Assembly: GCA_945883425.1 (NCBI GenBank)
Contig: CAMCXM010000003.1
Span: 1,945-65,944, forward strand
Direction: 5' to 3'
Length of the DNA stretch: 64,000 bases
Origin: Spirosoma fluviale
GTDB taxonomy: Bacteria > Bacteroidota > Bacteroidia > Cytophagales > Flexibacteraceae
Position 1 is the stretch's first letter; every line of letters begins with the position of its first letter. This document shows positions 11,301 through 20,284 of the stretch, in pieces. A model generated the notes under the pieces. It had not been told where the DNA came from and ran no database searches. It was given only the letters and a program-made list of their open reading frames with translations. The position numbers were made by a program, and so were the translations under genes.

Positions 11301-12158
11301 ATTTGAATACCGAAAAGAAAGGGTACTGCTGATCAAGTCGAAAGCAGGATTTCCAGTGCTATTCACAAAAGAGGTGGCTGGTACTCCTGTAAAGCCTGGA
11401 TTGTGAATGTTGAAATAATTCATCAGGGTGTCAACACCATTGCGATTCATAAATCCAATGTTCACCTTGTCGAATGAAAAGTCATTTCCAGTGGCGTACA
11501 AAATCTGCCCCTTTGCATTCACATCCCATATTTGGTATTGTTTATGGGCAGACTCATTTCCAGCAGGAAATTGGATGGATGGATTTCCTCCGTTTCGGGT
11601 TCTGGCCTCGATTGATCTGTAATATGCAAGTCCGCTTGGTTGCCCGTTGACAAAATTATTGTTCAGTCTGGCAATGAAGTACCCATCCTGAGCAGCATCA
11701 GCATCCCGGCTACCTGAAATAAAAATATCCCCTGTAGGCTGACCAGGGAGTGAATTGGTTTTTATTTTATACACATCTCTTACTGTATTGTCCGGAAAAC
11801 GGAGAACGCTGAGAATTACCTGCTGGTCGGCACTCACATGCATAATAAAACCCGAACCCTGGTTTGAAACCGATCCAAAATCTCCTGAATTGGGTATCAC
11901 ATTGACAGTTGTGCCTGCAGGTAGCCAGTTAAAATTGTCTGCCTGGCCTCCTATGAGGAGAGTACCATCAGAAAGTTGCAGCAAACCTTGAAATCGTTCG
12001 TTTCCACTTCCTCCGGCATACGTTAGAATATTTGTACCAGTTCCCTGACCAAAAACTGCCATTGAGATCTGAAAAAACAGAAGAATTAATACGGAAAGCA
12101 CCCAGGACTTGCTTCGGACTGAATTTTGAAAACCTAGTTGTGTGCAATAGTTTCCCAT
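5346..12158 (-). CDS. giant T9SS type-B-sorting-domain surface protein (SprB-like adhesin)
   Basis: The start is probably ATG 12158 (MGNYC...SWVLSVLILLFFQISMAVFGQ); the track ORF extends to 12287. It has an N-terminal ~650-aa Gly/Asn-rich region, then PKD-like Cys-containing repeats, then ten ~80-aa Ig-like repeats. The C-terminal gliding-motility type-B CTD reads IPNVFTPNNDGTFDTWIIPG...GTYYYTYDD...TVTLVR. Confidence 0.9.
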   Translation of the reverse strand: MGNYCTQLGFQNSVRSKSWVLSVLILLFFQISMAVFGQGTGTNILTYAGGSGNERFQGLLQLSDGTLLIGGQADNFNWLPAGTTVNVIPNSGDFGSVSNQGSGFIMHVSADQQVILSVLRFPDNTVRDVYKIKTNSLPGQPTGDIFISGSRDADAAQDGYFIARLNNNFVNGQPSGLAYYRSIEARTRNGGNPSIQFPAGNESAHKQYQIWDVNAKGQILYATGNDFSFDKVNIGFMNRNGVDTLMNYFNIHNPGFTGVPATSFVNSTGNPAFDLISSTLSFRYSNTVVPGAMRSYSSSLFNQVSRDENGNIGRKGAFPLDAFFDSPQYLGGAPATTNGPGYTGYSVGTGGGKWTGKIGGIVFDKRNGHFYIGFSISVTSASNQTGLDDTEPALAACNENGELKWWARLHKEDGARSSAQQQVEGIDFDYSHDQVVVLGRTRGNSQNNFWKGNELNANKTGNGFQNSLSGAATGPVTPDYFWIGKYNAVSGIIHRSTYVGELQENQMFQTASSDPNLDGFPDLNKGDYNLGSTTINQLSVHPLTGQIYVCGTGQRTITTRSAYQKMLKPGPYQLGGGVSSLNAFARVYSSGLDSVVYSSLVTGIWNPANGTSDNTVLRSIFPIDGGLLVTGYHKGTGGDLILANAPAWGSSSLNNSTAVFGKLFFNPTNQPPAQPDTIAKPSSLCSGTEFTFSVPAVAGASSYRWIIEANGWTGSSTTNSITLTRAAGASSGFLTVYAINGTGVSRARTTTLQVNATVNAPTSSFFPPSHCPNQTLPYQVNPVDGATSYSWTITGAGCQGWNLSSPVTATNVVNVTSGATVASSCSLQVVVSGCSNSSSPVQFPISSQGNVPSVPVFTPGSPSVCVDIPKSFSVVADPQVMAYQWTVSGTGYSGSSSTSNITVKASSGATGGQLSVVAVNQCGASSPASIQLGSALNQSIPAIPSSITGSSSGFCSDDTISYSTSSVAGNTYSWYTSGNTWEVLDQGTNTTRLFVPQAGGSVQASLFVQAQNECGISNPQSVVIRKGVPDILPAERILPSLNGNVCSETTLDFFINPTLGATSYSWSFPSGWTINGASNSNTVSVTVSASAQPGSIVVKSINGCGFDSLQRTAPTINSNPATFSIQPSTGNSMTLCSGGSVLANVSGTFTGAVNSFQWILPAGVFVQDASTSSPSMDTVRISTSQDGISGPILVYLDGDQCGSSTVNLSVTPNSSPGLAQGATQLCSDPSNQTYSVDPVAGATSYEFEVVPSNAGTISTTANSAVVDWNNIFSGVAVIRARAVSACGNSSFGPPLLVSIGLPPAGFQSPPSVCGSAEIQLVATGGETYFWYTSPTINTPFATNNGVLNVTVSSDTTFYVTISNGLCESSIRTAVQVSYSQAPGLPAVTADTVCAPGQVSLNATGSGAGASYIWYSSATGGSVLFTGSNFQTSINNTTTFFVSAGQGNCESARVPVTALLSNNLILPTAADVSQCVPGSVTLTASGAAAGQIYNWYTNLTGGSVIATGSSYVIPNLVSADTFYVSIAEGLCESSRVRVIAKISNDLPTPGTTPIVRCFAGNTDLTATGALAGQSYKWYDAPTGGTLIGTGSPFSVNVSATSTYYVAIAEGSCESSVRQSLVVTMSAFPISIGTNDVNICGSGLINLTGNSNTSGAFFVWFDAEFGGTQLFTGNPFNPTLTQSDTFYVQAETNGGCLSPRAMAIVTINPVPATPTGSNVANCGSGSVQLTASQAAGLPIQWYNAPTGGTLLNTGTTYTTPVLNATTSYYLSSKIGVCESPRLEIKAIISESTTTPTGANVTRCGNGSVDLAATPSIGADVRWYDSQVGGSLLFTGATFSTPVLSSTTSYYASSYLPGCESDRQEIKAVINSIPSTPSISPVTPLCGPGTVTLTATGGNNFTWFDSPSGGIVLGTGDTYQVLLLSQTSSFYVSSSENGCASERASVSVVVSSLPTAPLSDTAERCGTGSVTLTTSSPGISTFRWYSQATGGDVLQTGAQFTTDIQNSGTFFASSVDQAGCESSRTECIVQLNPIPGVPASIPAVRCGPGLVTLTASSGAGSTVKWYSTETGGSSLSSENDFQTEISSTSSFYVSTVDAKGCESGRTITTATVNAIPVPEITSSRTKILPGETVDLTVNGADGTYSWSPAATLTNAAVSNPVASPVETTTYKVVVTKNGCSGADSVLITVGSGSNEIPNVFTPNNDGTFDTWIIPGADDISTNKLTIFNRWGNIVKEFSGYKNDWDGDNLPAGTYYYTYDDGKSTRTGTVTLVR
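5835..8235 (-). repeat. ten tandem ~80-aa (~240-nt) Ig-like repeats inside the adhesin gene
   Basis: The recurring protein pattern is C.(P/S)G.V.LTA.G......Y.WY....GG..L.TG..F.......T.FYV.....GCES.R. It occurs ten times, diverged at the DNA level. Boundaries are approximate. Confidence 0.7.
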
Positions 12159-12476
12159 ATGATATTTGGTAAATCTGAGAGGATGAAGGGGCAAAAATAG
12201 AAAAAGAAGGCACTTAATTACGTTGTATTTAAAGTTATTCAATTTCAGTAGATTTTGTTGAATTCCGGATTCGGTAGGTTGTCGCAATTTTAGTATTGCA
12301 TTCCAGCCACTTATTCTTCATTGGGTGCCTCGTATTAGAAATCAGATCCGACTTTATACACGATTTTCAGGACAGGGTGCTGTCAAACATTATCCCATCT
12401 TATGCATTGGAAATTTACACCGGATGTCAACTTTATTGCATAAAATGGGATTATGGCATTCAATTGTCTAAAAAAA

Positions 12477-12513
12477 TTCCAAAAAAAAGTCCTGGAAATA
12501 ATATTCCCAGGAC
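12477..12513 (-). terminator. rho-independent terminator downstream of rpiB
   Basis: On the minus strand, the hairpin gtcctgg/ccaggac (12489-12513, 7-bp stem) is followed by a T8 run (plus-strand A8 at 12481-12488). Confidence 0.6.
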
Positions 12514-12583
12514 CCGTTGATGTCAGAATAAATCAGCACTCGGCTTGTATTGAAGAAATGCCGAAAAGAATGATTGATAACCT

Positions 12584-13021
12584 TCAGCAGAATGCTTCCA
12601 TTTTATTTACCCTCCTTTCATGATTTCCCAATTCAAAAGTAGATGTTAAAAATGCGTCGACCATTTGCCAGGCGTAATCTGAAGCCGTGAAGCGTGAGCC
12701 TAAACAAATAATCTGGGCATTATTGTGTTTTCTGAGTAAAGATGCAATCTCTGTATTCCAGGCCAGGCCTGCCCGAATCCCGTGAAATTTATTGGCTGCC
12801 ATCACCATCCCTTCTCCGCTTCCGCAAACCAGAATGCCGAATTCGCTTTTTCCTTCCTGTATCCGGGTTGCCACCTGACTTGCAAAATCTGGATAGTCAA
12901 CAGAATCCTGTGAAAAACAACCTACGTCTTCAAATGAATAGCCTGCATCATTAAGCCTGTTTTTCAGATATTCTTTCAGAATAAATCCGGCGTGATCTGC
13001 TCCTATTACTATTGGTTTCAT
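12584..13021 (-). CDS. rpiB: ribose-5-phosphate isomerase B
   Basis: 145 aa. The RpiB/LacA/LacB pattern is present: IVIGADHAGF...VCGSGEGMVMAANKFHGIRA. Confidence 0.93.
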   Translation of the reverse strand: MKPIVIGADHAGFILKEYLKNRLNDAGYSFEDVGCFSQDSVDYPDFASQVATRIQEGKSEFGILVCGSGEGMVMAANKFHGIRAGLAWNTEIASLLRKHNNAQIICLGSRFTASDYAWQMVDAFLTSTFELGNHERRVNKMEAFC

Positions 13022-13060
13022 AGTATAAGATTGTATTACAAACAGATTTTATTTAAGAAG

Positions 13061-14335
13061 TTAGAAACCGCCTCTGAATTTATAGGTCTGGGCAACCTTG
13101 TCAATGGCAACCACATAGGCACCAATCCGCAATGTTGTATCGTGCTTTTGTGCCGTATTGTAGACTTTATCAAATGCTTCTTTCAGAATACGGTCGCTGC
13201 GTCTTTGAACCCGGTCCAAACCCCACTTGTATCCAAGCCGATTCTGCACCCATTCGAAATATGAAACCGTCACACCTCCTGAATTTGCCAGAATATCCGG
13301 TACCGCCATAATTCCTTTTTCCTGAACCACCGCATCCGCTTTGGCCGATGTCGGACCATTGGCACCTTCAACGATGAGCTTACAACGAAGATTGTGCACG
13401 TTTTCTGGTGTGATCACATCTTCTTTGGCTGCCGGCACCAGAACGTCTACCTCCAGAGCAAGTAGTTCTTCATTGGTGATTTTCTGTGCATTCTGATATC
13501 CTTCCAGAGACATATTGTTTGAATCACGATACGCAATGGCTTCTTCGATATTGATACCGTTTTCGTTGAAATATGCTCCGGAAACATCACTCACGCCGAG
13601 AATTTTCACTCCTCGTTCGTGAAGAAGTTTAGCCGAGATGGAACCCACATTACCAAAACCCTGCACAGCACAGGTTGCTTTGAATGGATTGATTTTCAAT
13701 TTTTCCATGGCTGCGAATGCCGAAACCATGACCCCTCTTCCGGTTGCTTCCACCCTTCCGACGGATCCTCCCAGAACCAATGGTTTTCCAGTTACTACAG
13801 CCGTAATGGTTGTTCCATGAGCTTTTGAAAATTCATCCATCAACCAGGCCATTTCGCGTTGACTCGTACCCATATCCGGTGCTGGGATGTCTTTATCCGG
13901 ACCAAACACATCAATCAAAGCCATGGTATAGGCTCTGGTAAGTCGTTCAATTTCACCGGCCGACATACTTCGGGGATCACAGGTAATTCCACCTTTTGCA
14001 CCTCCGTACGGAATATCGACAACGGCGCACTTCCAGGTCATCCAGGCGGCAAGTGCTTTTACTTCGTCGATGTTTACATCCATAGCATAACGGATTCCTC
14101 CTTTTGCGGGCCCGAGAATATTGGAATGGATAACCCGGTAGCCTTCAAATACGCGAACTTGTCCATTGTCCATTGTAATGGGCAAGGCAACAATTACTTG
14201 CTTGGTGGGTGTTTTCAGAACGTTGTATGTTGCCGGATCCAATCCAAGAATCTGTGCCGCCACATCAAAACGAGACATCATCGATTCGAATGGATTCTCA
14301 ATGTCTTTAATGGGTGCTGGTTCAATATATGCCAT
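13061..14335 (-). CDS. Glu/Leu/Phe/Val-family (glutamate) dehydrogenase
   Basis: 424 aa. It carries the catalytic-Lys motif IPYGGAKGGI and the Rossmann motif VQGFGNVG. Confidence 0.93.
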   Translation of the reverse strand: MAYIEPAPIKDIENPFESMMSRFDVAAQILGLDPATYNVLKTPTKQVIVALPITMDNGQVRVFEGYRVIHSNILGPAKGGIRYAMDVNIDEVKALAAWMTWKCAVVDIPYGGAKGGITCDPRSMSAGEIERLTRAYTMALIDVFGPDKDIPAPDMGTSQREMAWLMDEFSKAHGTTITAVVTGKPLVLGGSVGRVEATGRGVMVSAFAAMEKLKINPFKATCAVQGFGNVGSISAKLLHERGVKILGVSDVSGAYFNENGINIEEAIAYRDSNNMSLEGYQNAQKITNEELLALEVDVLVPAAKEDVITPENVHNLRCKLIVEGANGPTSAKADAVVQEKGIMAVPDILANSGGVTVSYFEWVQNRLGYKWGLDRVQRRSDRILKEAFDKVYNTAQKHDTTLRIGAYVVAIDKVAQTYKFRGGF

Positions 14336-14397
14336 TGATTGTTAATTATGGTGTGTTCGTTATAAGCTTTGTTTTAAACCGGGTATCCGGAAATGAT

Positions 14398-16374
14398 TTA
14401 ACCGATGATCAGCTGCTGACCAGGTTTGATGTTTTTATCCTTTAACTTGTTGATTCTCATCAAATCCTTAATTGTCAGCTTGGTAAACTTCCGGGTGATG
14501 GAATAGAGAGTATCGCCTTTCTGTACCAGATAGGTCCGAGAAATCTCCAGTTTCGGCTTTTCTCTCGGTTGTTTTTTCGAAGAGCGGGTTGATATTTTAG
14601 AAGATGCAACTGGTGCTTTTTCTTCCTCTGAAGAATCCGACAAACAAATGCCTTCCGAAATTGGTTTGGAAAGATATATTTTCTGACCTTCTTTCAAACT
14701 GGTTGTAATACCAGGGTTCCATTCCAGAATATTTGACATCGGCACACTTGCGTTGCGGGCAAGAAGAAAGAGTTTATCGCCTTTCTTCACTGTGTATAAT
14801 GACACTGTGTTTTCTTCTACACTCTCTTTCGGCTCTGTTTTTGTTTTGGCCAGTTTTGAAGTTTCATTGTTGTCCAGCTCCACAAAACCATCCCCTGTAA
14901 CATGTAGCACCTGCCCAGTCACAAGCTTCGAAGTATTCAGATGATTCCATTTTTTCAGATCCTGGGGCTTCACGTTGTAACTGGCCGCTATGGAATACAA
15001 CTTCTCTCCCATTCTGACGATGTGGGTTCCGGGAGCAGCTTTCTCCGTTGATTTTTCAGTTTCTTTACCGACTGGTGGGATTTCTTCTTTGTTCTTTACT
15101 GAAGCAACCAAAACCTCCCTTTCAGATGATTTCGGGAATTTCAACTTCCGGGTTTTGGATAGTTTCTCACCATGCAGGTGATTTATCCTGCAAAGCTCTT
15201 CGGCCTGAACGTTATGCCTTTTCGCTAAATCCTTAATTCGATCCCCTTTGTGACATGTTATATACTTGTACTTATCGGACCGTTTCACGAAAGCAGGTTC
15301 TGCCGGAACGGATACGAATGCCGAGTCAATAAACCGGTCCAGATTAAGAGAAAGTAATTCTGAATGAGACTCTGGAACCAGCAATGGATGCTTTGAACCT
15401 GCCGGATAAATATGAGTAGAGAAAGTGGGGTTGTGATGAACCAGTGTTTTTTGTGGAAGTCCCAAAATGGTTTCGAGCCGGAGCAAATCAAATGATTTGG
15501 CAACCTGAAAGGTATCAAGCGGAACAGAAACCAGAACACTGTCGATATCGGCCCGGATGTTATGCTCTTCCGCAAAATTCATTGTATACACCACCGCATG
15601 AAACTGAGGCACATACGAACGGGTTTCCTGAGGAAGGAAGTTATAGATTTCCCAGAAACCTCGCTTTCCGGATCGTCGCATGGCCTTCATCACATTTCCT
15701 GGACCACAATTGTAAGCAGCAAGTGCCAGTTCCCAATCACCAAACATACCATGCAGATACTTAAGGAACTTGCAGGCAGCTTCTGTTGCCAGATAGGGAT
15801 TACGTCTTTCGTCAATCAGATGATTTTGTGCAAGGTAAAAATCCTTTCCTGTTCCGGGCATAAACTGCCAGAGACCCACTGCCCCACTCCTGGATATGGC
15901 TTTGAAATTCAAACCGGACTCAACTATTGAAAGGTATTTGAGTGCATCCGGCATCTGATGTTTTTTGAGGTAGTATTCAAAAATGGGAAAGTAATAATTC
16001 TTCCTCTCCAGCATGGTTTGGGTGTAGTTCCTTTTACGGACAGCAAAAAAATGAATGAAACCACATACCGTTTTATTGATCACCAGAGGCATATCCAGAT
16101 TCAGACAAGAGGCACGATCTTCTATGGTCTCCATATCGACCATGGGTACGTAGCGTGAGTAGAGTGTATCTGAGCCAATCCGATCCAACGCATAGCTCTC
16201 CGAGTTTTCATGTTCGCGAAGCATCAGCAAATCGTTGTCTATCAATGAATCCGGCAGAAACTGAGCCTGGCAGTTCATTTGAGGAAAAAGAAATACACTT
16301 ACCACCAGAAGCCAAAGAAATCCAATTCCTCTAAATCGGGAAGCCGCCACTGGTTTTGTCCTTTTTATACACAT
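14398..16374 (-). CDS. lytic murein transglycosylase (MltD-like) with four LysM domains
   Basis: The start is probably ATG 16374 (MCIKRTK...WLLVVSVFLFPQMNCQAQ). It has the SLT motif IVESGLNF...GAVGLWQFMPGTG. Four C-terminal LysM repeats are present (e.g. YLVQKGDTLYSITRKF). Confidence 0.9.
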   Translation of the reverse strand: MCIKRTKPVAASRFRGIGFLWLLVVSVFLFPQMNCQAQFLPDSLIDNDLLMLREHENSESYALDRIGSDTLYSRYVPMVDMETIEDRASCLNLDMPLVINKTVCGFIHFFAVRKRNYTQTMLERKNYYFPIFEYYLKKHQMPDALKYLSIVESGLNFKAISRSGAVGLWQFMPGTGKDFYLAQNHLIDERRNPYLATEAACKFLKYLHGMFGDWELALAAYNCGPGNVMKAMRRSGKRGFWEIYNFLPQETRSYVPQFHAVVYTMNFAEEHNIRADIDSVLVSVPLDTFQVAKSFDLLRLETILGLPQKTLVHHNPTFSTHIYPAGSKHPLLVPESHSELLSLNLDRFIDSAFVSVPAEPAFVKRSDKYKYITCHKGDRIKDLAKRHNVQAEELCRINHLHGEKLSKTRKLKFPKSSEREVLVASVKNKEEIPPVGKETEKSTEKAAPGTHIVRMGEKLYSIAASYNVKPQDLKKWNHLNTSKLVTGQVLHVTGDGFVELDNNETSKLAKTKTEPKESVEENTVSLYTVKKGDKLFLLARNASVPMSNILEWNPGITTSLKEGQKIYLSKPISEGICLSDSSEEEKAPVASSKISTRSSKKQPREKPKLEISRTYLVQKGDTLYSITRKFTKLTIKDLMRINKLKDKNIKPGQQLIIG

Positions 16375-16515
16375 AATAAGGGAAGCAAGGTAAACAAACT
16401 GGAATACGCCCACAATTGAATGTAAGGCAAAAGAATGGATTGCATCAAAACACAACTTACCAGTAAAACGTTTTTTTCAGGTATTTATTCGGTTGGGGTA
16501 TGATTTCACCATTGT

Positions 16516-17073
16516 TCAGTTTAAATTCGGATCTGCCGGAAAATTGGATACCATTTTGTAGTAGGGTCCCATTCTTTGAAGAAGCTCTTTCCAAAGTTGA
16601 AGCGGATCGGTTTCCAGGATGAAATCAATCGGACCATTATACAACATCCACTCCTCATTTGCGATTTCAGTTTCCAGTTGATTTTCTGACCAACCTGCAT
16701 ATCCAACCAACAGCCGACCATTGTCGTTACGGAACGCATCTTCAGCCATGGCTTCCAGAAGAGAGTTATATTCTCCCTGCCAGCAAATTCCATCCTTCAG
16801 AAGAAATGAATTTTTCAGATACGGTAATGTGTGAACGAAAAACATACTATTGACGTCCATTGGGCCACCACCAAAGAAATGAAAGCGGGAAAGGGGGTGA
16901 TCAGGATCTTCTTCAAATGGATTAGCTGCCGGTTTATTCAGAATCAGACCCAGGGCTCCTTCCTTATCATAATGGCAAATCAACACCACGGACCGACCGA
17001 ACATGGCATCTTTTGCAAAAGGCTCAGCAATGAGAATGGTCCCAGCTCCTAAGTACGACAGTTCTTTTGACAA
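16516..17073 (-). CDS. YqgE/AlgH-family protein (UPF0301)
   Basis: 185 aa with the family pattern GTILIAEP...F.RSVVLICHYD.EGALGLILNKP. Confidence 0.85.
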   Translation of the reverse strand: MSKELSYLGAGTILIAEPFAKDAMFGRSVVLICHYDKEGALGLILNKPAANPFEEDPDHPLSRFHFFGGGPMDVNSMFFVHTLPYLKNSFLLKDGICWQGEYNSLLEAMAEDAFRNDNGRLLVGYAGWSENQLETEIANEEWMLYNGPIDFILETDPLQLWKELLQRMGPYYKMVSNFPADPNLN

Positions 17074-17192
17074 TTTCTTATGTATATTTTCGGATGCAAG
17101 CCTAATTACTTTTCAGACCTGGGCAAAGAAATTTCGGAAATCATTTAACAAAACCTGACCAGATTAATGAGCTATAAACATTCAATTCATAT

Positions 17193-17693
17193 TTAAAGAA
17201 TGAAATATGAATTCTTTTCGACCCAGAATGAATCTGTACAGTTTGAGATAAGATCACAAAGCGGATCGCCGGTTGAGGGATTTTTCCAATTTGGACAGAC
17301 GTCAAGCAATGGCATCAGAACAAACTTCCTGAGGTGCAATCTTGGATGGGGCAGGACCAGACATTCATTTTGAATCTTGTGTTCTCCATATGAGATAAGA
17401 TCTATATCAATCAGCCTGGGGGAAAGATCACCTTTGGATTTGCGTCCGGATTGCAGTTCGATTTTCTGTGTTACAGCCAAAACAGATTCAGGGTCCAGCC
17501 TGGATGAAAACGCAGCCACCAGATTGAGATAGGATGGATGATTTCCGACTGCATATGGTTCGGTTTCATATACCGGACTGACTCCCAGCAGATTTCCCAC
17601 TTCATTTCTGAGATTCCCGATGGCCTGATGAAGAGCAAAAGCTCTGTCTCCTAAGTTCGATCCCAGTGAAAGTATGAGAAGTTCAGCCATCAC
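17193..17693 (-). CDS. folK: 2-amino-4-hydroxy-6-hydroxymethyldihydropteridine diphosphokinase
   Basis: 166 aa with the HPPK pattern LSLGSNLGDR...PR.IDIDLI...LVLPHPR. It overlaps tsaB by 4 nt. Confidence 0.9.
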   Translation of the reverse strand: MMAELLILSLGSNLGDRAFALHQAIGNLRNEVGNLLGVSPVYETEPYAVGNHPSYLNLVAAFSSRLDPESVLAVTQKIELQSGRKSKGDLSPRLIDIDLISYGEHKIQNECLVLPHPRLHLRKFVLMPLLDVCPNWKNPSTGDPLCDLISNCTDSFWVEKNSYFIL

Positions 17694-18367
17694 CTTCCTG
17701 AAATATAAACAGGTTTCAAATATGCTGGCTCGAATAATGCCACGTCCTCAATTCTACCTTTCATCCATTTCTGATACCCTATTCGTGCCGTCACTGTGAC
17801 CAAAGGAGCAATGGTTTCATCAATAATTACAGATTCCGGAAGTTCACTTTGTCTGACAAACTCCCCGGCATTTTTCCCGCAAACAATGATGGATGCAAAT
17901 GGTGACAGGATGCTGTTAAGATAAATTTCACCCAACTTCCCAGCCTGAGGAGGTGTCAATGAAGTACCGTCCTTTGAAAAAACAGCATAAAAAAATTCAT
18001 CTTTTCTGGCCGGAAGACAGGCTACAACTGCATCATACTGAGGAAATCTCTCCGAAACCTGAAATGCCATATTTTCCAAACCACTAACTGAAAGCAACGG
18101 GATTTCACATCCAAAGCATATTCCTTTGGCGACAGAAAGTCCAATCCGCAAACCTGTGTATGAACCCGGTCCACTTCCCACCACCACAGCATTCAGATCT
18201 GACATGTTTTTTCCAAGGCTTTCAATTCCAGCTTTTATGAACGAAGCTGTTAGTTGGGAATGAGCATGTGAAAGGTACAAAACTGAAGAATACAACGTTT
18301 TGTCATCCGATTGAATCGCCAAAGAAAGGTGTTCGCCGGCGCATTCGATGGCCAAAATCAGAGTCAA
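17690..18367 (-). CDS. tsaB: tRNA t6A37 threonylcarbamoyl-transfer protein TsaB
   Basis: 225 aa with the YeaZ/TsaB pattern ILAIECAG...VVVGSGPGSYTGLRIG. Confidence 0.9.
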   Translation of the reverse strand: MTLILAIECAGEHLSLAIQSDDKTLYSSVLYLSHAHSQLTASFIKAGIESLGKNMSDLNAVVVGSGPGSYTGLRIGLSVAKGICFGCEIPLLSVSGLENMAFQVSERFPQYDAVVACLPARKDEFFYAVFSKDGTSLTPPQAGKLGEIYLNSILSPFASIIVCGKNAGEFVRQSELPESVIIDETIAPLVTVTARIGYQKWMKGRIEDVALFEPAYLKPVYISGR

Positions 18368-18632
18368 GTTACCAGAATGGAATAGGTGGAATGCAAAACT
18401 ATGATTTCAGGCGGGATTTGCATCTGAACAATCCGGCTTCGAAAATAGCAGAGACGCCCGACGCTGCAGCTATTCATTTGTATAAACTCCATAAAACACA
18501 GTAAGTCAGACAATAAAGAATTATACTGGTTGAAATAATGAAAATCTTATCCGCATCGGAACTTCAAATTCGTTATTTGGACTTTAATTTACAGTCATCG
18601 AAAAACGCTTTTCATTGCAACTTAGTCGCTAA

Positions 18633-20282
18633 TTGTCTCATTCAGAACCAAAAGGGAGCCACTTCATTTTTCTCCCTGTCATTGTTTCAATTTCCATTGC
18701 ATTCGGTGTCTGGCTGGGTGTAATCCTATTTGGCGGAACGGGAAAAAACAAGTTGATGGGGACAAGCCTCACCAAATTCAGGGAATTTCTGGGTGTGATT
18801 GAAGGAGAGTATGTAGACACCATTAATCCTGACCTGCTCACACATTTGGCTATCGACCATATTCTCAAGGAACTTGATCCGCACTCAAGCTACATTCCAC
18901 CTGAGGATATTGAGATTTCCAAAACATCCCTTGAATCTGGTTTTGAAGGGATTGGTATCGAATTTCTGATTGTCAATGATTCGGTTCAGATTATATCGGC
19001 AATTAAAGGCGGGCCTTCTGACATCGTTGGCATCATGCCAGGCGACAGAATTGTATCGGCAGATGGGAAGTCTTTAACGGGAAATGTAACAAACAAAGAT
19101 GTATTTTTCCGACTTCGAGGCCAGCAAGGTTCAATTGTTGAACTCGAGGTATCCAGACCAGGCGTGCGCAACACAATAAAATTTGCCATCACCAGAGCCA
19201 GAATTTCATCCAACTCTGTCGAGGCTTCTTTCCTGATTCGGCCATCCACTGGTTACCTTAAAATCAGCAAATTCTCCGATAATACCTACCTCGAGTGCCG
19301 CCATCATCTTGAAAATCTGAAACGACGAGGCGCCCGTTCCATCATCATTGATGTGCGGGACAACCCGGGAGGATATCTGGACAGAGCGACCAAACTGGTC
19401 GATGAATTCCTTCCGGACAACAAACTCATTGTTTACACCGATGGCCGGTCAGTGAAATATGATCAACAATATTTTTCTACCCAGGGCGGACTATTTCTTA
19501 ATGAACCGTTGATCGTTCTGGTAAATGAAGGTTCGGCTTCGGCTTCTGAAATTCTGGCTGGTGCAATACAGGATAACGACAGGGGAATCATAGTGGGCAG
19601 ACGAACTTTTGGGAAAGGACTTGTACAGGTACCAATATCATTAAAAGACGGTTCTGAACTAAGATTAACCATTTCAAGGTACTACACACCCAGCGGCCGC
19701 TGCATCCAGAAGCCATATCATGTTAAGAACAAGCTGTATGACGAAGAACTTGAGAACAGATTGTTTCATGGAGAACTCTTCGTCCCAGACAGTATCCAGC
19801 CGGATAAGAATCTAAAGTACGAAACACTAAATGGCAGAACGGTATACGGTGGAGGAGGAATCATTCCCGATATATTTGTTCCTTTGGATACCCTTGCGAT
19901 CAACCAGTTTCTAATTGAAATGATGCGTAAAAATCTATTCCGGGAGTTCGCATTGATGTATTACAATGAGCATAAAATGGAATTGGAACAAATCCGAAAA
20001 CGAACGGAACCTTCCAACCTCGTTTTGAAGCAGGAAGTCTGGCCCAGATTTGTACAATTCACTTATGAAAAGAAAATCGTCTGGCCTGTATCAAAACAAC
20101 GAATTGAGTCTGAAGTTTACCTCACGCATTTGATTAAGGCTTATATTGCAAGGCTTGTTTGGGGTGATAACGGGTACTATCAGGTTTTGAGTCAGAAAGA
20201 CCCGATGATCACCACAGCACTTCGCAAAATACCAGAGGTTCAAAAACTGTTACAAGCCGAGAAAAAAACAAATCGAAATTAG
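18633..20282 (+). CDS. S41-family C-terminal processing peptidase
   Basis: 549 aa with an N-terminal TM anchor, a PDZ region (GIGIEF...GGPSD..GI.PGDRI) and the catalytic-Ser context LVNEGSASASEI. The ORF opens at TTG 18633 directly after a stop, and there is no upstream ATG, so the start is uncertain. Confidence 0.88.
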   Translation: MSHSEPKGSHFIFLPVIVSISIAFGVWLGVILFGGTGKNKLMGTSLTKFREFLGVIEGEYVDTINPDLLTHLAIDHILKELDPHSSYIPPEDIEISKTSLESGFEGIGIEFLIVNDSVQIISAIKGGPSDIVGIMPGDRIVSADGKSLTGNVTNKDVFFRLRGQQGSIVELEVSRPGVRNTIKFAITRARISSNSVEASFLIRPSTGYLKISKFSDNTYLECRHHLENLKRRGARSIIIDVRDNPGGYLDRATKLVDEFLPDNKLIVYTDGRSVKYDQQYFSTQGGLFLNEPLIVLVNEGSASASEILAGAIQDNDRGIIVGRRTFGKGLVQVPISLKDGSELRLTISRYYTPSGRCIQKPYHVKNKLYDEELENRLFHGELFVPDSIQPDKNLKYETLNGRTVYGGGGIIPDIFVPLDTLAINQFLIEMMRKNLFREFALMYYNEHKMELEQIRKRTEPSNLVLKQEVWPRFVQFTYEKKIVWPVSKQRIESEVYLTHLIKAYIARLVWGDNGYYQVLSQKDPMITTALRKIPEVQKLLQAEKKTNRN

Positions 20283-20284
20283 AA

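Noticed and set aside
12159-12287. The N-terminal 43-codon extension of the adhesin ORF in the track. Similar extensions occur at 2879-2935, 16375-16455, 24564-24659, 27623-27715, 43095-43115 and 46437-46493.
   Set aside because: In each case an internal ATG is followed immediately by a canonical signal peptide or by the conserved protein N-terminus. The upstream extension is hydrophobic or irregular, or overlaps the neighbouring gene.
13859-14338. A 159-aa plus-strand ORF.
   Set aside because: It is antisense to the glutamate dehydrogenase gene, which carries the GGAKGG and Rossmann motifs. The ORF has no family features.
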